Below are positions 1-9,943 of a DNA stretch of 64,000 nucleotides, piece by piece. Numbering within the stretch: position 1 is the stretch's first letter; every line of letters starts with the position of its first letter. The position numbers and the translations under genes were made by a program. This DNA comes from a virus: positions 8,035-72,034 of IMG/VR virus record IMGVR_UViG_3300035180_002210; one strand, written 5' to 3'. The notes beneath the pieces were generated by a model, which was not told where the DNA came from, ran no database searches, and saw only the letters and a list, made by a program, of their open reading frames with translations.

Positions 1-1743
1 CAGAATAAAATTGTTTCCGTCAAATCTTATTATGAAACGCTGCTATCCTCGAATGAAGCAAAGCGCGCTTCCATAAAAAAGAGCATTGAGACGTATGATA
101 AGCTGCTTGCCAACAAAGAGACAATAGAATTGAATCTGGGACGGCTGGACTGGTGTAAAACAGAACTGGCAAAGCTGGATGCAGGCGTCAACTGGGCGAA
201 AGATGCTTATTCGGCAGCGCAGGAATATGCAGAGGTCGAACGCCAGAAACTAATTCTTGACAGAGAATCAATAAGCAAAGCCACGAAGGACGCAGAGGAC
301 ATTCAAAGAAAAGCCAGGGAAGATTATGCCTGGAATCTGGATGAATTGGTACCGGCCAGAAAAGAGATTGAGGCCAATGAAAAGAAGATCAGCGACCATG
401 AGTATAACCTACGGTCCTATCGCAATAAGCTGAAAAAAATTGAGGAAGCCAGCCGTCTTGTTTCTTCCGTTCCCTGCGATGCTGCTTTGGGAGCTACCTG
501 CAAGTTTGTTTCGACCGCACACGCGGCGATACAAAGCAAAGCAGACGTTGAGAAGGAAATATTTGAGACTGAAAAAGTTATTGAACAGCTCCGGCAGCTA
601 AATATAACGAAGCAGGAAGAGATAGCCACGAAGGAAGATGCTCTGAAAGCTGAGTTGAACAGCAATATGATAACCTATGATACTGCTATTCGAACCATTG
701 AGGCGCAGCGGCAGGAACTTAACCGGAGAGAAAGCGATATAGCAAAAACGCTTGAAACTGTCAGTATGAAGCGGGATGAAATTATTGCATCTCTTAAACC
801 CCAGAGGGAAGAAGCTGAAACAATTCAGTCCGTGTTACAAGCAAACGATTGGACGAAACTTAAAGAGCGGGCCGCGGACGCGGAGAATCAGAAAAAAATC
901 CAGGAGCATTCACTTTCCAGTCTCGAAGCATCGGAGGCTGATGCCAAGATGCGGTTTGAGGCCGACACGAAGGAGTTAACCAATGAGTTAACTGAGCTGG
1001 AAAAGAAGTTTATTCAAATTGATGAAACACGGATCCCGGGCCTTGAAGCAGAGATACGGCGGGAAACCGAACTCTTCAAAACCAAGGATGAAAAATACAA
1101 AAAGCTCCAAAGCGATATTAACGACCGCGAATATGCCATCGTGACCGTTGAAACAAAGATCGAAACCGAACGGACGAATGCCAAAAAGCGGGAAACACTT
1201 GAGGCGGAAAAGACCGGTGTTCAGATGGATATAAGGGAATGGGCCGCACTTTGCAAGGCATTCAGCCCTACCGGAATACCGGTATTAAAATTGGAAAACA
1301 GCGGGATTGACGTAACGCTTTACGCGAACGAGCTTCTTTCCCTCTTCGAAAATAAATTCCGGATAGCGTTCGATACCACCAGGCTTGACGTGGACAAGAA
1401 GAACCTGAAAGAAACCTTTGATATAAACATCATTGAGCCTGACGGGATTTGCGAAATATCCAATAAAAGCGGCGGCGAGAAAGTATGGCTTGAAACGGCT
1501 ATTCAGTTGGCCATCAGTTTGTTAGGCCGCAGGCAAGGTAAGAGCATTCAGACGGCCTACCTTGACGAGAAGGACGGAGCACTAAGCCTCGAAAATTCAA
1601 TGGCTTATTTCGAAATGGTTAAGAAAGCGCATGAAATGAGCCACGTATATCATACGCTGGTGATTACCCATACGCCGGAGATCATAGACGCAATTCAACA
1701 GCAGGTCATATTCAGTGACGGCTATCTAACGTATAAAAATTAA
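1..1743 (+). CDS. SbcC/Rad50-like SMC-type ATPase, 5'-truncated by the window edge
   Basis: Frame open from base 1; long coiled coil; hook-like PCDAALGATC; ABC signature KSGGEK; Walker B YLDEKDGAL; H-loop VITH. Confidence 0.85.
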   Translation, partial: QNKIVSVKSYYETLLSSNEAKRASIKKSIETYDKLLANKETIELNLGRLDWCKTELAKLDAGVNWAKDAYSAAQEYAEVERQKLILDRESISKATKDAEDIQRKAREDYAWNLDELVPARKEIEANEKKISDHEYNLRSYRNKLKKIEEASRLVSSVPCDAALGATCKFVSTAHAAIQSKADVEKEIFETEKVIEQLRQLNITKQEEIATKEDALKAELNSNMITYDTAIRTIEAQRQELNRRESDIAKTLETVSMKRDEIIASLKPQREEAETIQSVLQANDWTKLKERAADAENQKKIQEHSLSSLEASEADAKMRFEADTKELTNELTELEKKFIQIDETRIPGLEAEIRRETELFKTKDEKYKKLQSDINDREYAIVTVETKIETERTNAKKRETLEAEKTGVQMDIREWAALCKAFSPTGIPVLKLENSGIDVTLYANELLSLFENKFRIAFDTTRLDVDKKNLKETFDINIIEPDGICEISNKSGGEKVWLETAIQLAISLLGRRQGKSIQTAYLDEKDGALSLENSMAYFEMVKKAHEMSHVYHTLVITHTPEIIDAIQQQVIFSDGYLTYKN

Positions 1744-1753
1744 AGGATTTACC

Positions 1754-1906
1754 ATGCAGGACCAGACAGTAATGAAATACAACCATCCTAAAGACGGTTT
1801 GAAAACAATTGTCCGCGTAGATAACGGAGAGCAGGCCATCGAGGAAATGACCGAGGAAGAAGAAAACGCCTTCCCTCCTAATTTATTCGGATCCCAAGTA
1901 AGCTAA
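1754..1906 (+). CDS. Small acidic hypothetical protein (50 aa, MQDQTVMKYNHPKDG...PPNLFGSQVS), not in the ORF track
   Basis: AAAGGA upstream of ATG; fills the gap between the SbcC-like and helicase genes. Confidence 0.6.
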   Translation: MQDQTVMKYNHPKDGLKTIVRVDNGEQAIEEMTEEEENAFPPNLFGSQVS

Positions 1907-1908
1907 GT

Positions 1909-3516
1909 ATGAGAATAATTCAGGATAGGCCGTTCATGCCAAGAGACTGGCAGCGGGAGGGACTAAACGCGCTGATGGAAACGCAAAGGCAGGGTAAGAA
2001 ACAATTCCTTTGCGTAGCGACTCCCGGGTCCGGAAAAACAAAGTTTGCGTTAATGGGTACGCACCGGTTTTTCAGGATGGGATTGATGGACCGCGTAGTT
2101 GTAGTTACCCCTACCGATTATTTGAAACGGCAATGGGCGGCGGAAGCAGCAGAGTTCGCAGGGATTGACCTTGATCCGGACTTTGCCAATGCCTACCAGG
2201 CGGAAACATCGGATTTTCATGGTGTAGCCGTTACTTACTCATTGATAGGTTTGGATAAAGCCGGAGTGCATAAGCACAACACGATCAATAAACGCACACT
2301 GGTTATTCTGGATGAAGTTCACCACGCCGGAGATAACAAGACATGGGGGACGGCCTTAATTGAATCGTTTAAGGACGCGGAATTTATTATTTGTCTGAGC
2401 GGGACCGCATTCAGGACGGATGACTGCGAAATTCCCTTCGTGACTTACAAAGACAGGGTAAGTGTTTCCGACTATGAGTACACCTATGAGCGGGCGATAA
2501 AGGACAATGTTTGCCGGTCCGTTTATTTCAGCATTCACGACGGGAAAATGAAATGGGCGGTTGATAAGGCCGAGTTTGAGCACACGTTCAAAGATTTTCT
2601 TACGCCTGATCAGGTGAGCAAACGGCTGAGAACTGCCCTTGACGCCGGAGGCAACTGGGTACGCGACGTTTTACGCGCGGCGGATGATAAGTTGAAAGAG
2701 ATTAGGAATACTCATGCAGACGCAGGAGCAATGGTTTTTGCCAGCAGCCAACAACACGCGAAAGAAATAAAAAGCGTTCTTGAACGGATAACCGGCTCAA
2801 AAATAGATGTAGTGATTTCGGAGGACGATAAAGGACGGGAGAAGATTGAGCGGTTTGCCAGGACAAACGACCGCTGGATCATCAGCGTAAAGATGATTAG
2901 CGAGGGTGTAGATATTCCCCGGCTGAGGGTTGGGGTTTACATGACGAATATTAAAACTGAAATGTTCTTCCGGCAGTCTGTAGGTAGGTTCGTCAGAGTA
3001 TTGAAGGGATTGAAGTTTCAGGATGCGTTCATGTTCATACCGGGCGACCGGGAGATCATAGGGCTGGCTGAGACTATCCAGGAAGAGCGCAACCATGTCT
3101 TAGACCAGGCCGAGAAGAGCAGCGATGATGACCAGCAGCGAAATTTGTTTGGCGAACCGGTTTACACACCGGCATTGAAGGGGAAATTTCAGGCTATGGG
3201 CGCGGAACTGACTACATCGAAGCTTATGAGCGTAAATGTTGACATTAGTAAAGGCGCAAAATTTAGTGTTGTTAAATCGCCGTCGGCAGATGATCCGATC
3301 TACATACAGAAAGAACGGCTGCGGGATTACCTGAATACTTTGGCAAAGAGATATGCCAGACGGCAGACGAACGGAAACCCTGCTATTCACCCCGATTACT
3401 CCGCACTTCACAAGTTATGGCGGCAGAACGGCGGGAAGCCGATGGAAATGGAAACTTTGCAGGAGCTTGAGAAGCGAGTACAATTTTATGAAGCACGGCT
3501 AAGAGAGGCAGCCTAA
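1909..3516 (+). CDS. Superfamily 2 DExH helicase
   Basis: Walker A ATPGSGKT, motif II LDEVHH, motif III LSGT, EGVDIP, QSVGRFVR. Confidence 0.9.
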   Translation: MRIIQDRPFMPRDWQREGLNALMETQRQGKKQFLCVATPGSGKTKFALMGTHRFFRMGLMDRVVVVTPTDYLKRQWAAEAAEFAGIDLDPDFANAYQAETSDFHGVAVTYSLIGLDKAGVHKHNTINKRTLVILDEVHHAGDNKTWGTALIESFKDAEFIICLSGTAFRTDDCEIPFVTYKDRVSVSDYEYTYERAIKDNVCRSVYFSIHDGKMKWAVDKAEFEHTFKDFLTPDQVSKRLRTALDAGGNWVRDVLRAADDKLKEIRNTHADAGAMVFASSQQHAKEIKSVLERITGSKIDVVISEDDKGREKIERFARTNDRWIISVKMISEGVDIPRLRVGVYMTNIKTEMFFRQSVGRFVRVLKGLKFQDAFMFIPGDREIIGLAETIQEERNHVLDQAEKSSDDDQQRNLFGEPVYTPALKGKFQAMGAELTTSKLMSVNVDISKGAKFSVVKSPSADDPIYIQKERLRDYLNTLAKRYARRQTNGNPAIHPDYSALHKLWRQNGGKPMEMETLQELEKRVQFYEARLREAA

Positions 3517-3605
3517 TTATTCCGGTGGCCGGGAGCAAGTACGTCCCAAACGTCGTGTGCCTCCACGATTGCAAACGGCCACTATTTTTTAAGAAAGGAC
3601 AGTTT

Positions 3606-4013
3606 ATGATAGTGTTTATGACAATGGTTCTCATGGCAATATGGTTCGCAATTTTTGTTGACGCCAGAATCAGTTTTTTGGAGCGCGGCTGGCCGGTACT
3701 GAACTGGATGAAATCGGATTTCATGTATTTGATTATGCCGGTTGCGCTTTTATGCCAGATGATAGCGTTTATCCATTTCTTTCCGGAGAAGAACGGCTAC
3801 CTGCTGTTTGTTGCGGCAGGCGCGTTTATTGGTTCATTTGCCTGGGATTTCGCGTTCGGGATTGTGGTATATGATGATGCTTTTTTCCCCTTCCGGAAAT
3901 GGCTGTTCAACATGGGATTTGCCGGCAAATATTACTGGCAGCGATACATTGCCGACGGCGCAAGGTTACTGGCAGGAGGCATTTTACTTTACTTCGCGCT
4001 GAAAGGAATGTAA
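3606..4013 (+). CDS. Multi-pass membrane protein
   Basis: About four hydrophobic segments; AAAGGA upstream favours ATG 3606 over 3525. Confidence 0.7.
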   Translation: MIVFMTMVLMAIWFAIFVDARISFLERGWPVLNWMKSDFMYLIMPVALLCQMIAFIHFFPEKNGYLLFVAAGAFIGSFAWDFAFGIVVYDDAFFPFRKWLFNMGFAGKYYWQRYIADGARLLAGGILLYFALKGM

Positions 4014-4294
4014 TGAATTACCAGGTAAGAAAAGCAAGTGATGTACCTGCAGAGGCTAAAGGTTTATTCCGATTTGTTAACGGCGCGCCGGTTGTACCGC
4101 CAGGACGTTTATTCCCGATTGAGGCTTACTGTATTCTGCTGGACCTGCGTTCAGATGAGGCGACGGTAGTTGTGGAAGCTTTGCGCGAGGCGAATTTGCT
4201 TCCGGCGAATCTTGAAAAGAGATTTAAGGCAGCAAACGAAACTTTTCCGCAAAGTGACCAGGTATCTTTTTTAGGCGAGGCAATCAATGGGTAA
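4013..4294 (+). CDS. Hypothetical protein (MNYQVRKAS...)
   Basis: TAATG coupling to the previous stop favours start 4013 over 3899. Confidence 0.6.
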   Translation: MNYQVRKASDVPAEAKGLFRFVNGAPVVPPGRLFPIEAYCILLDLRSDEATVVVEALREANLLPANLEKRFKAANETFPQSDQVSFLGEAING

Positions 4295-4550
4295 TAATGA
4301 CGGCCTTACTTTGTTTTTCATGCTTGCGTTTATTGTCACAGCATGCTACGCCATCGCCTATAAGAGGAAGTTTGAAGAGCTGGCGGACAAGCACAGCGGG
4401 CGGGAATATTCACCCAACTACAATGAAATAATGACCATGCCATTTATTGACAAGGTGATTCTCCGCTGGCATAAATGGAATAATAGGAATATCCACTTCA
4501 GGCGCGAACGAAAACGCCTTTACGTAACTCTGGAAAGGGAGGAGTTATGA
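4287..4550 (+). CDS. Hypothetical protein with N-terminal TM helix
   Basis: GAGG RBS, overlaps neighbours, hydrophobic N-terminus. Confidence 0.6.
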   Translation: MGNNDGLTLFFMLAFIVTACYAIAYKRKFEELADKHSGREYSPNYNEIMTMPFIDKVILRWHKWNNRNIHFRRERKRLYVTLEREEL

Positions 4551-4765
4551 CAGCCCAGACTTACGCAACTGATTTATCGAAACTGAATACGAATGTTACC
4601 TGCCCGCATTGCGGCCATGTTCATAACGATGCAGAACACGGGATGAAGCTGATCATGCGCTACATAGAGAGTGTACGGGGTGTTGTAAGCCATCATTGCC
4701 CGAAATGCAAGATAAAGTATAAGGTATCTGCCAATTTGCAAGGATTAACCGCGTTACGCCCATGA
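4547..4765 (+). CDS. Zinc-ribbon protein
   Basis: CPHC...CPKC; GGAG RBS; ATGA coupling. Confidence 0.7.
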   Translation: MTAQTYATDLSKLNTNVTCPHCGHVHNDAEHGMKLIMRYIESVRGVVSHHCPKCKIKYKVSANLQGLTALRP

Positions 4766-5091
4766 TTGATTCAGCAAAAGCAGATTCCGTAATAAAACTC
4801 ATATCCGAGTACCGGAGGAGCCGTCCCATAACCTCGAAGAAGATTGAGGATTTACTTGGAGTGCCAGGCGCAACCATTAGAGACGTTGTCCGCGAAGCCC
4901 GGAGAAAGAAAATACCCATAGGGAGTAATTCAAGCGGGTACTATTTGATAACCAAACAATCGGAGCTTGATGAAACGGTAAAACACCTACGCAGCCGGGC
5001 TTTGAGCGAGTTGGAAACACACCGGTTAATGAAGAACATACGGTTCAGCGAATTTCCGGAACAAATGCAACTTTTTGGAGAACAGGCATGA
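4762..5091 (+). CDS. Winged-helix DNA-binding protein with C-terminal clamp-binding-like motif
   Basis: ITSKKIEDLLGVPGATIRDVVREAR...IPIGSNSSGYY; ends QMQLF. Confidence 0.7.
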   Translation: MIDSAKADSVIKLISEYRRSRPITSKKIEDLLGVPGATIRDVVREARRKKIPIGSNSSGYYLITKQSELDETVKHLRSRALSELETHRLMKNIRFSEFPEQMQLFGEQA

Positions 5092-5224
5092 TAGAAAATA
5101 TACTTCTGATAGTTAAATGGTTTATCGCGTTTGGAATTATTGACGCGGCGATTTTGCTTCTGATCATTTTTTGCCATCGTGACCGGAAGGATAAAAAGGA
5201 TTCAAATACAAGGACACGCAGAAT

Positions 5225-5437
5225 ATGAAAATTAAGAATTATACGTCATCTACACCGGTAGCCCGGTCTGTTGAGTTTATTGAGACGCGACTTGCCGCGG
5301 CAGGCGCGGGGTTTATTACCAAGGTTTATGACGGGGAGCCAAAGCGGTTAAAAGGCCTGACTTTCCAGATCGTTATTAACGGAATGCCGACTATCTACAA
5401 ATTACCGGCAAGGGATGAGTACCCAGTAATAAAATGA
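5225..5437 (+). CDS. Phage hypothetical protein, probably C-terminally truncated
   Basis: IKNYTS...I...L...GA..I...Y start resembles a phage family I recall as about twice this length; ends soon after KLPA. Confidence 0.45.
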   Translation: MKIKNYTSSTPVARSVEFIETRLAAAGAGFITKVYDGEPKRLKGLTFQIVINGMPTIYKLPARDEYPVIK

Positions 5438-5486
5438 ATACAGAAGTTTCCGGAACAATTTTGAAAATAATTTTGAATAAACGTGC

Positions 5487-6470
5487 ATGAAAAATAATCT
5501 TGAATATTACCAGCGAAGAGCCGATTCATACAGGCATTCTAAAATTATATTTCTAAATGTTGAATATGGGGATGGTAATTCAGGCCTGGCAGCGGAAGCA
5601 AGATACTGGAGATTGCTCGACCTGATTGCTGAGTCTGATAATTGCGAGCTTGATTTGACGAAGAAACGGGAAAAAGCACAGGTATCGAAAATACTTGGAT
5701 TATCATTCGCGAAGCTTGATAAATTACTTAGCGTCTTGGTTAGTGATGATCTGAGACTTTTGATTGAGGTGAGAGAAAATGTTTATTCAGCAGAAAAACT
5801 TCGCAAGGTTTTCCAGGAAGTTTCAAAATTACGGGAAGCTGCCAGAGTACGAAAAAACGGTCAAAATAAGGGAGTTCAGCGAACCAATACCGAACCTGAC
5901 GGAAGTTCGGGCGAACTCTTAACGGGTTCGGACGAACTGAACAACAAAGTAAAAGGTAAAGTAAAGGTAAAGGTAAATGAAAGTAGTAGTTGTAGTAGTA
6001 GTAGTAAGGAGATTTCCGGAAACAACAACAACGACAACTTTGATTCTCCGAATTTTGAAAACAAGAAAAGTTTGTCCCAGGCTTTTACTAACCTCATCCA
6101 GCGGAAGTTTGGAGAATGCCCGACCGGGACCTTAACAACGCTTTTGAAAAAATTCAACAGCAGCGGACTTTCGCCGGTAACGGCCTGGCAAATTGTTCTT
6201 GACAGTTTCGATGAAATTGATTTGCAACCGGCAGAGAAGCGAAACGCAGCTTATCTGGTAGGCAAGATGAAAGGGAAGTTTGATGACGCGCGCGCGGCGT
6301 TACGAGAGCAGGAGAGCAAAGATCAGAAAAAAAAGGACGCCCGTGAACGGCGGGAGGAAGAAAAGAAAATAAGCGAGGAATACCGTTTGGCCAAGTTACA
6401 TGGCGGCGGACCACTTAGCGATTTTAAGAAATTAACCGAAGATTCACAAACAAAAGGTTGTATTAATTAA
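5487..6470 (+). CDS. Phage replication initiator (lambda O / Lin1244-like organisation)
   Basis: N-terminal wHTH-like region (YWRLLDLIAE), central repeat-derived KVKGKVKVKV linker, helical C-terminal domain; lies in the replication module. Confidence 0.7.
   Translation: MKNNLEYYQRRADSYRHSKIIFLNVEYGDGNSGLAAEARYWRLLDLIAESDNCELDLTKKREKAQVSKILGLSFAKLDKLLSVLVSDDLRLLIEVRENVYSAEKLRKVFQEVSKLREAARVRKNGQNKGVQRTNTEPDGSSGELLTGSDELNNKVKGKVKVKVNESSSCSSSSKEISGNNNNDNFDSPNFENKKSLSQAFTNLIQRKFGECPTGTLTTLLKKFNSSGLSPVTAWQIVLDSFDEIDLQPAEKRNAAYLVGKMKGKFDDARAALREQESKDQKKKDARERREEEKKISEEYRLAKLHGGGPLSDFKKLTEDSQTKGCIN
5874..6038. repeat. Putative phage origin: palindromic iterons plus purine-rich AAAGGT/AGT repeats
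   Basis: CGAAC-N9-GTTCG at 5891-5909 and 5912-5930 (21-bp period), extra CGAAC at 5880 and 5933, then (A)AAGGT/AAAGT, AGT and AAC runs at 5946-6038. Confidence 0.65.
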
Positions 6471-6471
6471 C

Positions 6472-6681
6472 ATGGCAAAAACATGGGTTTATGATCGTTT
6501 GTGTTCAGATTTGATTGCCCTCCGGCTGGAGCTTGCAGAGCTGGACCAGGATGTTGACAACGAGATCCGGAAACATGGTGAAGTAGACCCGGAATCGTTA
6601 CAGCAAGCAAAAGAAAAAATAGCCGAGGCCTGCGCCTTGGCGGAAACAGCATATCAAGAATTCGGGAAAATGAGGAAATGA
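6472..6681 (+). CDS. Small coiled-coil hypothetical protein
   Basis: Directly after the initiator; helical composition. Confidence 0.6.
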   Translation: MAKTWVYDRLCSDLIALRLELAELDQDVDNEIRKHGEVDPESLQQAKEKIAEACALAETAYQEFGKMRK

Positions 6682-6854
6682 CGATAACAGATTTACAGGC
6701 GAAAGCCAGCAGCATGGAAGAAACCATAGTGCTCAGGGAGCAAGAAATTAAAGACGCGAATGCCCTTGACGCATTCAGCGCCATTCCAAACAAGTTACGG
6801 GAAATTGCGGTAGCATTGAGCCGGTACACTGTTTCGGTGAAGGGTAAAAGATAA
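6678..6854 (+). CDS. Hypothetical protein (58 aa, MTITDLQAKAS...), not in the ORF track
   Basis: ATGA overlap with the upstream stop and TAATG overlap with the methyltransferase start. Confidence 0.6.
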   Translation: MTITDLQAKASSMEETIVLREQEIKDANALDAFSAIPNKLREIAVALSRYTVSVKGKR

Positions 6855-7555
6855 TGGACCTGAACAAGATTTACGAAGGCGACAGTGATTTTATTTTATC
6901 AAAATATTTTGATGATGAGTCAGTGGATTGTTGCATAACTTCACCTCCTTACTGGGGTTTACGTGATTATAAAATGAACGCGCAGCTTGGGATTGAACGT
7001 ACGCCCGAAGATTATATAGACCGGCTGGTAAAGGTATTCCGCGAGGTTCGCCGGGTATTAAAACCGGAAGGAACGCACTGGTTGAATTTAGGGGATAGTT
7101 ATGCCCGTGATGTCAAACAGGGCAGTTCCGGGGCACATGCGGACTATGCAGCTTTAGGCCATATCCATTTACGACAGGATATCATTTGGCAGAAGCCGAA
7201 TCCGATGCCAGAGAGCGTAACTGACCGCTGTACGAAATCTCACGAATATATTTTCCTACTGAGCAAAAGCCCGAGATATTATTTTGATCAGGATGCTATC
7301 CGGGTTCCTTTGAAGGAAGCGCATTTTGCCACTTTTCCCGAGAAGCTCATAGAGCCGCTGGTTTTGGCGGGTTGTCCGGAGGGCGGAGTAGTCCTCGATC
7401 CATTCATGGGCGCAGGGACTACGGGTGTAGTTGCGTTCAAGAATAACCGGAATTACGTAGGGATTGAGCTGAACCCGGACTACATAACGATGGCCGAGAG
7501 GCGCATTTATAACATTGCGCCGTTATTCACCGAAAATTTAGGTAAAGCAGAGTAA
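6854..7555 (+). CDS. Beta-class N4-C/N6-A DNA methyltransferase, apparently with internal deletions
   Basis: TSPPYWGLRDY, WLNLGDSY, IIWQKPNPMPESVTDRCTKSHEYIFLLSK, HFATFP, LDPFMGAGTT. Confidence 0.85.
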   Translation: MDLNKIYEGDSDFILSKYFDDESVDCCITSPPYWGLRDYKMNAQLGIERTPEDYIDRLVKVFREVRRVLKPEGTHWLNLGDSYARDVKQGSSGAHADYAALGHIHLRQDIIWQKPNPMPESVTDRCTKSHEYIFLLSKSPRYYFDQDAIRVPLKEAHFATFPEKLIEPLVLAGCPEGGVVLDPFMGAGTTGVVAFKNNRNYVGIELNPDYITMAERRIYNIAPLFTENLGKAE

Positions 7556-7563
7556 GAAATACG

Positions 7564-7860
7564 ATGGAAAGAGTTAGTTCTACAAAACGGTACGCGAGCG
7601 ACAAGGACCATGCACAAGGTACGGCCAAAATGCAATTGAAGTTTATTCTGGATAACGTCCGCCATTTGCGGAAGCTCCGCGGCGGCGACAGCTTAGAAAA
7701 GGCAGCAAGGAGCATGGCAGCGAACATTCAACTTGGCGGGGAGTTATCGCCGAACCAGTTATCCTACGTTGACTCGATTTATGAAAAGGCATGGAAGGCA
7801 GCCGGTTTTGAATCGGTTGAGACGAAGCATGATTTTGGGCCAAGGAAGGCAGACAGGTAA
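7564..7860 (+). CDS. Hypothetical protein
   Basis: Co-oriented ORF coupled to the next gene (TAATG). Confidence 0.6.
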   Translation: MERVSSTKRYASDKDHAQGTAKMQLKFILDNVRHLRKLRGGDSLEKAARSMAANIQLGGELSPNQLSYVDSIYEKAWKAAGFESVETKHDFGPRKADR

Positions 7861-8420
7861 TGAGCGTAAAAGGCAGCCGGGGTAAAACGGAAATTAAACA
7901 GATCAGCCACAAAGAGCTTTGCCGTATTGCGGCTATCTGGCTGCAAAATTACTGGGGTTGCAATGTAGTTGCGCGCGAGCTTGGAACATCGGCAGGTGAG
8001 ATCCCGGATGCGTTTGGTGTTAAACACGGAATATGTTACCTGATCGAGTGCAATGCCACCAGGAGTGATTTTCTGGCCGATGGGAAAAAGATATTCCGGA
8101 TTGATCCTGCGCTTGGGATAGGCTCATACCGTTACTTCATTTGCCCTGCAGGCCTTATCCAGCCGGAAGAAGTGCCGGAAAACTGGGGATTGCTTTGGAA
8201 ACATGATTTCCAGACGCGGGTAGTTAAGGAGCCTGAATGTCAGGAAAGCAATGCCATATCGGAGAAAATACTTCTCACTTCGATAATCAGGCGGTTAGAA
8301 ATTAGCAGCTGCGTTTTCGTCTCACCAGAAACGCCGCCGGAGAAACTTGAATGTTTTAGTACCGAGACTTACGACTATGAAATAAAAGCAATCGGCAATT
8401 CAGCCGAAATAACTCAATAA
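7860..8420 (+). CDS. PD-(D/E)XK-fold (MmcB-like) nuclease-family protein
   Basis: EIPDAFG...LIECNATRSDFLAD...GSYRYF...PEEVPENWGLL; the usual ExK appears as ECN. Confidence 0.7.
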   Translation: MSVKGSRGKTEIKQISHKELCRIAAIWLQNYWGCNVVARELGTSAGEIPDAFGVKHGICYLIECNATRSDFLADGKKIFRIDPALGIGSYRYFICPAGLIQPEEVPENWGLLWKHDFQTRVVKEPECQESNAISEKILLTSIIRRLEISSCVFVSPETPPEKLECFSTETYDYEIKAIGNSAEITQ

Positions 8421-8535
8421 TCAAAAACAAAATGAAGAAAGGATTGTTTGTTTGCGGGGTTCAAACCCGAGAAGTTTACTTGACCGGGACGGTTGGGAAG
8501 CCGTCCCGGATATTACAAACAGTGTAGTTACGATT

Positions 8536-8850
8536 ATGAAACAATTAGCAATTTACGTTCTGTTACCGCTGGCGGTCCTTGTGGCCTGGATGCTGCTGAA
8601 AATTACGAAGCGGAGCCCTTCCGGATTGAAGCAATATACTCTTGACCGGGAAGCAGCTTTGAAAGTTCATCCTGCAAATATGGAGCATCATCAGGAGTTA
8701 ATTTCACAAAGCGTTCACTCCGCAGGGGTAGAGGTAATCCGGTATAGTTCCAAGCAGGAAATGCCGGTTTATTTATGCGGGCGGAAGCCGAAGGATTGTC
8801 CTTCGTTTGGGGTTGTATTCATCGAAATTAAACCGGAGGTAGCCAAGTGA
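8536..8850 (+). CDS. Hypothetical protein with N-terminal TM helix
   Basis: MKQLAIYVLLPLAVLVAWMLL start preferred over TTG 8452. Confidence 0.55.
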   Translation: MKQLAIYVLLPLAVLVAWMLLKITKRSPSGLKQYTLDREAALKVHPANMEHHQELISQSVHSAGVEVIRYSSKQEMPVYLCGRKPKDCPSFGVVFIEIKPEVAK

Positions 8851-9200
8851 GAATTTTAGTATCAAGAACCGAAGGCGGTAAGTTTGAAGTTGTATCGCTA
8901 CCCAGCAGCCGGAAGGTAATGTTGAAGCGGTTTAAGCGCGGTGACTTTTCGGCCATAGGGAAGTTTTCCGGAATTTTGTTCGGGAAGGGCTGCCGGATAT
9001 TCAATAACAGCCCTGTACAAGCGAGGGTATATAGCGAATGCAAGGAATATAGTTTTACCGGGATAAAACCGGCCCAGAATTTTCCATTCTTTTTTTCTAC
9101 AGGCGAAAGAGGTTTATTCCAGATCAAAGCTTCCCGAACCTGGCAAGCTAATTCGAGAAGGAATATGCGGCGGAAGAAGAAATTCGGAGGAAAGCAATGA
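8847..9200 (+). CDS. Basic hypothetical protein
   Basis: GGAGG RBS, GTGA coupling. Confidence 0.55.
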   Translation: MRILVSRTEGGKFEVVSLPSSRKVMLKRFKRGDFSAIGKFSGILFGKGCRIFNNSPVQARVYSECKEYSFTGIKPAQNFPFFFSTGERGLFQIKASRTWQANSRRNMRRKKKFGGKQ

Positions 9201-9382
9201 AAGTATCATTTGATTTTGACGGCTGTTTGAGTCAGCCGGTTATGCAGCAGGTATTTTTGGCTATGGCCCACTACCGGGAGTATAACGGGAAATTACACCA
9301 GTTGCAGAACGAGGTATATATCATAACGAAGCGGAACGCAAACGGGAAGAATGATGATCTGTACGAGGTTTGCCGACCTTGA
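9197..9382 (+). pseudogene. Truncated HAD-superfamily phosphatase fragment
   Basis: Motif I VSFDFDGCL and motif II VYIITKR present, but stops at 61 aa without motifs III/IV. Confidence 0.55.
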
Positions 9383-9499
9383 CTATTCCAAGCTTACCTG
9401 AGATGGCTGATTCCCTTTGCCATTCACGCAGGGCGGAACTACCAGCAGCAGCACATTGGTTATTACGCTTCCATTACAGAAACACAATTCGGGAAGTAA

Positions 9500-9856
9500 A
9501 TGCGACGTAACCGATTTAGCGACCAGGAGCGCAAGGACCTGACAGAAAAAGCACTTGCAATGTGGAATGATATGGAGATAGGCGGCATGCACGATACGGG
9601 AAAGTTCAGGATTATTGCCGAGGAGCTTAACGTTTCGTTGAATACAGTTCTGACTATCATTTACAATAACACCGGAGAAAAGCCGGAAAAGGAGGAAACT
9701 GCCAGGGCAAAGGTAATTGCCAGGTACGGTTCTGATCACTTCAACCCGTTCATAGACTTGCTCCCGATAGCTGAGCTGAGCGTATTGAACGTGAGGAAGT
9801 TTGAAGAGCGGTTAAAGTTGGCGGAGCATCCTAAAGAGGAGGAATATTGGGAGTAG
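9500..9856 (+). CDS. HTH protein immediately upstream of terminase; candidate late-gene activator
   Basis: FRIIAEELNVSLNTVLTII HTH; same position as RinA/ArpU-type activators. Confidence 0.6.
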   Translation: MRRNRFSDQERKDLTEKALAMWNDMEIGGMHDTGKFRIIAEELNVSLNTVLTIIYNNTGEKPEKEETARAKVIARYGSDHFNPFIDLLPIAELSVLNVRKFEERLKLAEHPKEEEYWE

Positions 9857-9862
9857 CAAAGT

Positions 9863-9908
9863 TTATGCAAAAAACGATGCAAATAATGAAAAAATAAGCC
9901 ATTAATTT
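9863..9908 (+). promoter_or_regulatory. Late promoter element 1 (before terS)
   Basis: TTATGCAAAAAACGATGCAAA, with TAATTT 40 nt after the motif start; related to elements at 14429, 30798 and 43716. Confidence 0.55.
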
Positions 9909-9943
9909 ACTTTTTATTGAAAAAACACAGAAAACGATAAACA

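Noticed and set aside
5874-6038. CRISPR-like or mini-array repeats
   Set aside because: Units are too short, lack spacers and lie inside a coding gene; better explained as origin iterons. I saw no CRISPR array elsewhere in the window
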